From NCBI GenBank assembly GCA_963765765.1, contig CAVXYC010000027.1, positions 185,651 through 249,650 on the forward strand: a stretch of 64,000 nt of DNA, read 5' to 3'. The translations under genes and the position numbers were made by a program. The DNA comes from an uncultured Chloroflexia bacterium (GTDB taxonomy: Bacteria; Chloroflexota; UBA6077; JACCZL01). The notes under the pieces are model-generated. The model saw only the letters and a program-made list of their open reading frames with translations. It was not told the origin of the DNA and did not search any database. How positions within the stretch are numbered: the stretch's first letter is position 1; the number at the start of each line of letters is the position of its first letter. Positions 60,718-64,000 of this stretch are shown here, in pieces.

Positions 60718-61890
60718 TTGAAACTGCAAGCATTCCCAAGGGCCCTATCTCTAGCGGCGCCGTCACTGGCCGTACTACTCGCAATCACTGCCTGTGGGGG
60801 CGGGTCAACGAGCACTGGCTCGGCGCCAGCGAAAATCGATCCTCCACCTCCGGCACCAGCGGCCAAGGCATCGACCACGGAGCAGGACTTTCCACGGCTT
60901 CGTTCCGAGTTCGACACGGCGATTGTGCCCGCGGCGAAGAATGAAGGTCAGTTCACGTGGTACACCTGTGTCCAAGCGGAAGAGGCCGAGGGTAGAGTCA
61001 AGCATTTCAACCAGACTTACCCCGAGATTAAGGTCAACTACGTCTACCTAACACCAGCCGAAGCCGTGGAGCGCATCACCGCGGAGGCGGCTCCGCCGGG
61101 TCACCGGGACCTTTACCAGTGTGCAGGCCAGACTGGTCGAATCCTCGGTTGGCGGGGGCTTACTGAACCGTACACACCGCCGAGCGCCGTTGACCCTTCG
61201 ATCACCTACAACTGGCCAGTGATGGGCGTCGAAGGAAGCTTGACGGTATTCCACATCGTCTTTTCCGGGATGATCATCAACACAAAGCTGGTGCCGCAGG
61301 ACAAGTTCCCAAAGACATGGTGGGACGTTGTCCGCGATCCGTATTGGGTCGACCAGCTGCGCCAGGGCACCGTTCCAATGAATGATCCGCGCTCACCCGG
61401 GTGGGGCGGCAACATACTCTACGTACTCAGTCAAGCGCAGGCCTCGGATTATGGAGAATCCTGGATTCGAGAGTTGGCGGCGCTAAAGCCGAGGCTGGTT
61501 GCCACGGCGGCAGGAGATGCAGACCTCGAGCGTGGCGAAGTCAACGCATTGTTGATCGGCGCAATGCGTTGGGACGCGATCAAGCGTGGTGCCCCATTGA
61601 CAACCTGGTGTCCCGAACCCGGCTGCATCACGAGCCAGTACTACCACACACCGCTCAAGAACGCCCCGCACCTTAACGCCGCGAAGGTATGGGTGGAGTA
61701 CTGGCTCACCAAGGATGCGCAACAGCACCTGGCTGACTGGGGCAATACGGTGGCTCGAGCGGATGTGCCGGTTCACCCTGAGCGTGATCTCAAGTCCCGC
61801 AAGCTCATGCTCTGGCCAACGGATGAGAGCGAGCGAGGGATTCTGGATACGATCAACTGGACTCAGCAATCCGGCCTGTTCAGTTACTGA
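60718..61890 (+). CDS. ABC transporter substrate-binding lipoprotein (AfuA/FbpA Fe3+/polyamine-type)
   Basis: Lipobox ITAC, AAK.EG...WY, NTKLV...PKTW.D, NAPH.NAAK...Y.LT..AQ. Confidence 0.85.
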   Translation: MKLQAFPRALSLAAPSLAVLLAITACGGGSTSTGSAPAKIDPPPPAPAAKASTTEQDFPRLRSEFDTAIVPAAKNEGQFTWYTCVQAEEAEGRVKHFNQTYPEIKVNYVYLTPAEAVERITAEAAPPGHRDLYQCAGQTGRILGWRGLTEPYTPPSAVDPSITYNWPVMGVEGSLTVFHIVFSGMIINTKLVPQDKFPKTWWDVVRDPYWVDQLRQGTVPMNDPRSPGWGGNILYVLSQAQASDYGESWIRELAALKPRLVATAAGDADLERGEVNALLIGAMRWDAIKRGAPLTTWCPEPGCITSQYYHTPLKNAPHLNAAKVWVEYWLTKDAQQHLADWGNTVARADVPVHPERDLKSRKLMLWPTDESERGILDTINWTQQSGLFSY

Positions 61891-62044
61891 AGAACTTGCC
61901 CACCTTCGTCGGCTCCGCTCAACTGAGCTACTCTCAACGGCGGTTGGGGGGTGGCGTAGACAATTCATCCGCCGGACGCTTATGCCGGGTTCTATGGAGC
62001 CACTTTGAGCTGGTCTTGAAACTCGGCCTGTCGCGCGCGTTCTT

Positions 62045-63811
62045 ATGCTGACGACCCGTCCGAATGTAATTACAAGTCAATCCAAAAGGCCGAATTGGCT
62101 GCGAGGTGGTCTACGCCTCCCAGTTTCGATGAATGCGCTTGCACTAAGCGTTCTGACGATCCTGGTCGCCCTCTTCACAGTAAGTCCGGTCGTCGCGGTA
62201 CTTATTGGCGCCTTCCGCGATGCGCCGCCAGGTCAAGCCGGGGACCTGGACGCTTGATGGTCTTGTTCGAATCGTTAGCGATACCCAGAATCTCGCCGTG
62301 ATCTGGACGAGTCTCTGGCTGGCGCTGAGCCGAGCGATCCTCGCGACGGCGTTAGCCATTGTGATCGCATGGATTCTGGCGAGGACCGATTGTCCGTTCC
62401 GAACCCAGCTGATCGTCCTCATCGGGATCTCGTTCTTCACGCCCATCCTGGGGAAAATCCTTGGTTGGACGATTCTGGCTAGTCCTCGCACGGGCTATCT
62501 CAATCAGCTGCTGCGACTCCTTCCGTCGTTTCCGGGAACATCCGGACCGATTGATATCTACAGCTACGGTGGCGTCATTTTTGTCAGCATCCTGGGTTGG
62601 TCAACGTTCTTAATACTCTTTTTGCTCCCGTCTTTTTCCTCGATGGACGCCTCACTTGAGGAGGCGGGAACAATGAGCGGCGCTTCTCAGTGGCGTGTGG
62701 TCCAGTGGATCATGATCCCAATCATGCGACCCGCGATTGTCGCGGTATTCGTGCTCGCGCTCGCTCGCATGTTTTCTTCCTTCGAGGTCGAGTATTTCCT
62801 CGGTTCTCGGGCTGGAATCTACGTCTTTACGAATAAAATCTATGCCAGTCTTGATAGATATCCGGCCGATTACAACCTTGCGTTCGGGCTTGTATTCGTA
62901 CTGCTCATCATTACGGCATCGCTTGTAGCCCTCAATTGGATGCTTGTCGGCCAGCGGAATTACACAACGGTTTCTGGTCGGAGTTACTCAGCGCGGGTGA
63001 TGTCCCTTGGAAGATGGCGGTGGGCGGCTTTTGCGCTCGTGTTTGGGTACGTCTTCGTTTCATTGATCTTGCCTCTCACCGTGATCATCCAGACGAGTTT
63101 CACCAGCAGGTTCGGCAGCGATCTGTTTTCTCTCTCGGGTTACAGCCTCGAGCGATGGGAACGGCTCTTCGCCCTGGAGCTGCCCCGACGCGCGATCGTG
63201 AACAGCATTGTCATGGGAGTCGTTGCGGCCTCCCTAGGCATGATCATCTACACCGTTGTCGCGTACGTGGTTGCGCGCACAGACTTTCGGGGACGCGGCC
63301 TGCTCGACCTGGCTGCGTGGGTGCCGTGGGCAGTGCCAACCCTGGCTCTGGGCATTGGCATCCTGTGGACGGTCGCCTTCACGCCATTGGCGTTCCTCTA
63401 CGGGAGCTTGGCGCTCCTGATCGTCGCGCAGATCATCCGGGGCTTCCCAGCGCAAACGCGAATCATGTCGGCGTCGGTCATGCAGATCGGTCAGGAGCTG
63501 GAGGAGGCAGCCGGGTGCACGGCGCACCATGGTGGACCACGTTCCGACAAATTTGGCTGCCGCTCTTGCGGAACGGCATCATCGCGGGTTGGATTATCGA
63601 ATTTACCGTGTCCTTCAGCGATCTGGCTCTGGTGGCGTTCCTCTACGGTCCTGACTCCACGGTCCTTCCAACGCTTTTCCTGAGTCTTTGGCGCGCATCA
63701 GAGTGGGAAATGGCCAGTGCGGCGGCATTGGTCAACACGGCCATCGTCCTAATCGTGGTGCTCATCGCCCAAAGCATTGGACGGATAGGCATTGGCAGAA
63801 CTGCGGCGTAG
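62045..63811 (+). CDS. ABC transporter permease, FbpB/AfuB type with two TM domains, two apparent frameshifts
   Basis: D.SLEEA...SGA and QI..ELEEAA motifs; pieces 62045-62257, 62205-63683 and the tail of 62936-63811. Confidence 0.85.
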
Positions 63812-63971
63812 AGACGCTAGTTGTATTTGGAGACCCACCCTTTAGCCTTGTACCCGAACCGAGGATTGGACCTTGATCAGCGCTCCGGCCCGCGCGCTCA
63901 AACCCGACCCTGATTGGTCATAGCGGTCGCGCTGTCATGGGACTTCGCTTGTCTTCGTCGCTCATTGTGAA

Positions 63972-64000
63972 TTGACGCTCGACTAGACGGGTGCTATAAG
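63972..64000 (+). promoter_or_regulatory. Probable sigma70 promoter for a gene beyond the window
   Basis: TTGACG-17 nt-TATAAG with an extended -10 TG. Confidence 0.5.

Overview
A GC-rich bacterial chromosome segment. The gene repertoire (proline/alanine-linker lipoprotein solute-binding proteins, many luciferase-like monooxygenases (LLM), core-MetE proteins, VanW) suggests Chloroflexota, but that is inference. About ten genes are split by single-base indels, most likely long-read assembly errors. 1-7.8 kb: Maf 3' end, VanW, folB, an AbfD/HpaB-fold flavoprotein with a PaaK-type CoA ligase, an archaeal-type FAU-1/DUF402 protein, an unannotated 47-aa ORF and a rod-like RNA hairpin. 7.8-17.4 kb: a poly-HAMP hybrid histidine kinase / CheR / PAS kinase / receiver operon. 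17.6-47.5 kb: mostly aromatic and organic-acid catabolism (DesZ-like dioxygenase, RraA pair, enolase-superfamily enzymes, LLMs, Rieske oxygenase, LigJ-like hydratase, cupins), a c-di-AMP riboswitch before an SH3-CAP gene, MurJ, and one complete ISKra4/ISLre2-type IS with 19-bp TIRs and a 9-bp TSD. At 48.43 kb a tRNA-Pro(GGG) gene breaks off right after its anticodon loop. It is followed by a probable genomic island with four paralogous arylmalonate-decarboxylase/maleate-isomerase-fold proteins lacking both catalytic cysteines, an atypical LigAB-type dioxygenase, an amidohydrolase, an FMN alpha-hydroxy-acid oxidase and two ABC importers. This island is the best candidate for an undescribed system. 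No CRISPR array or intact rRNA gene was seen.
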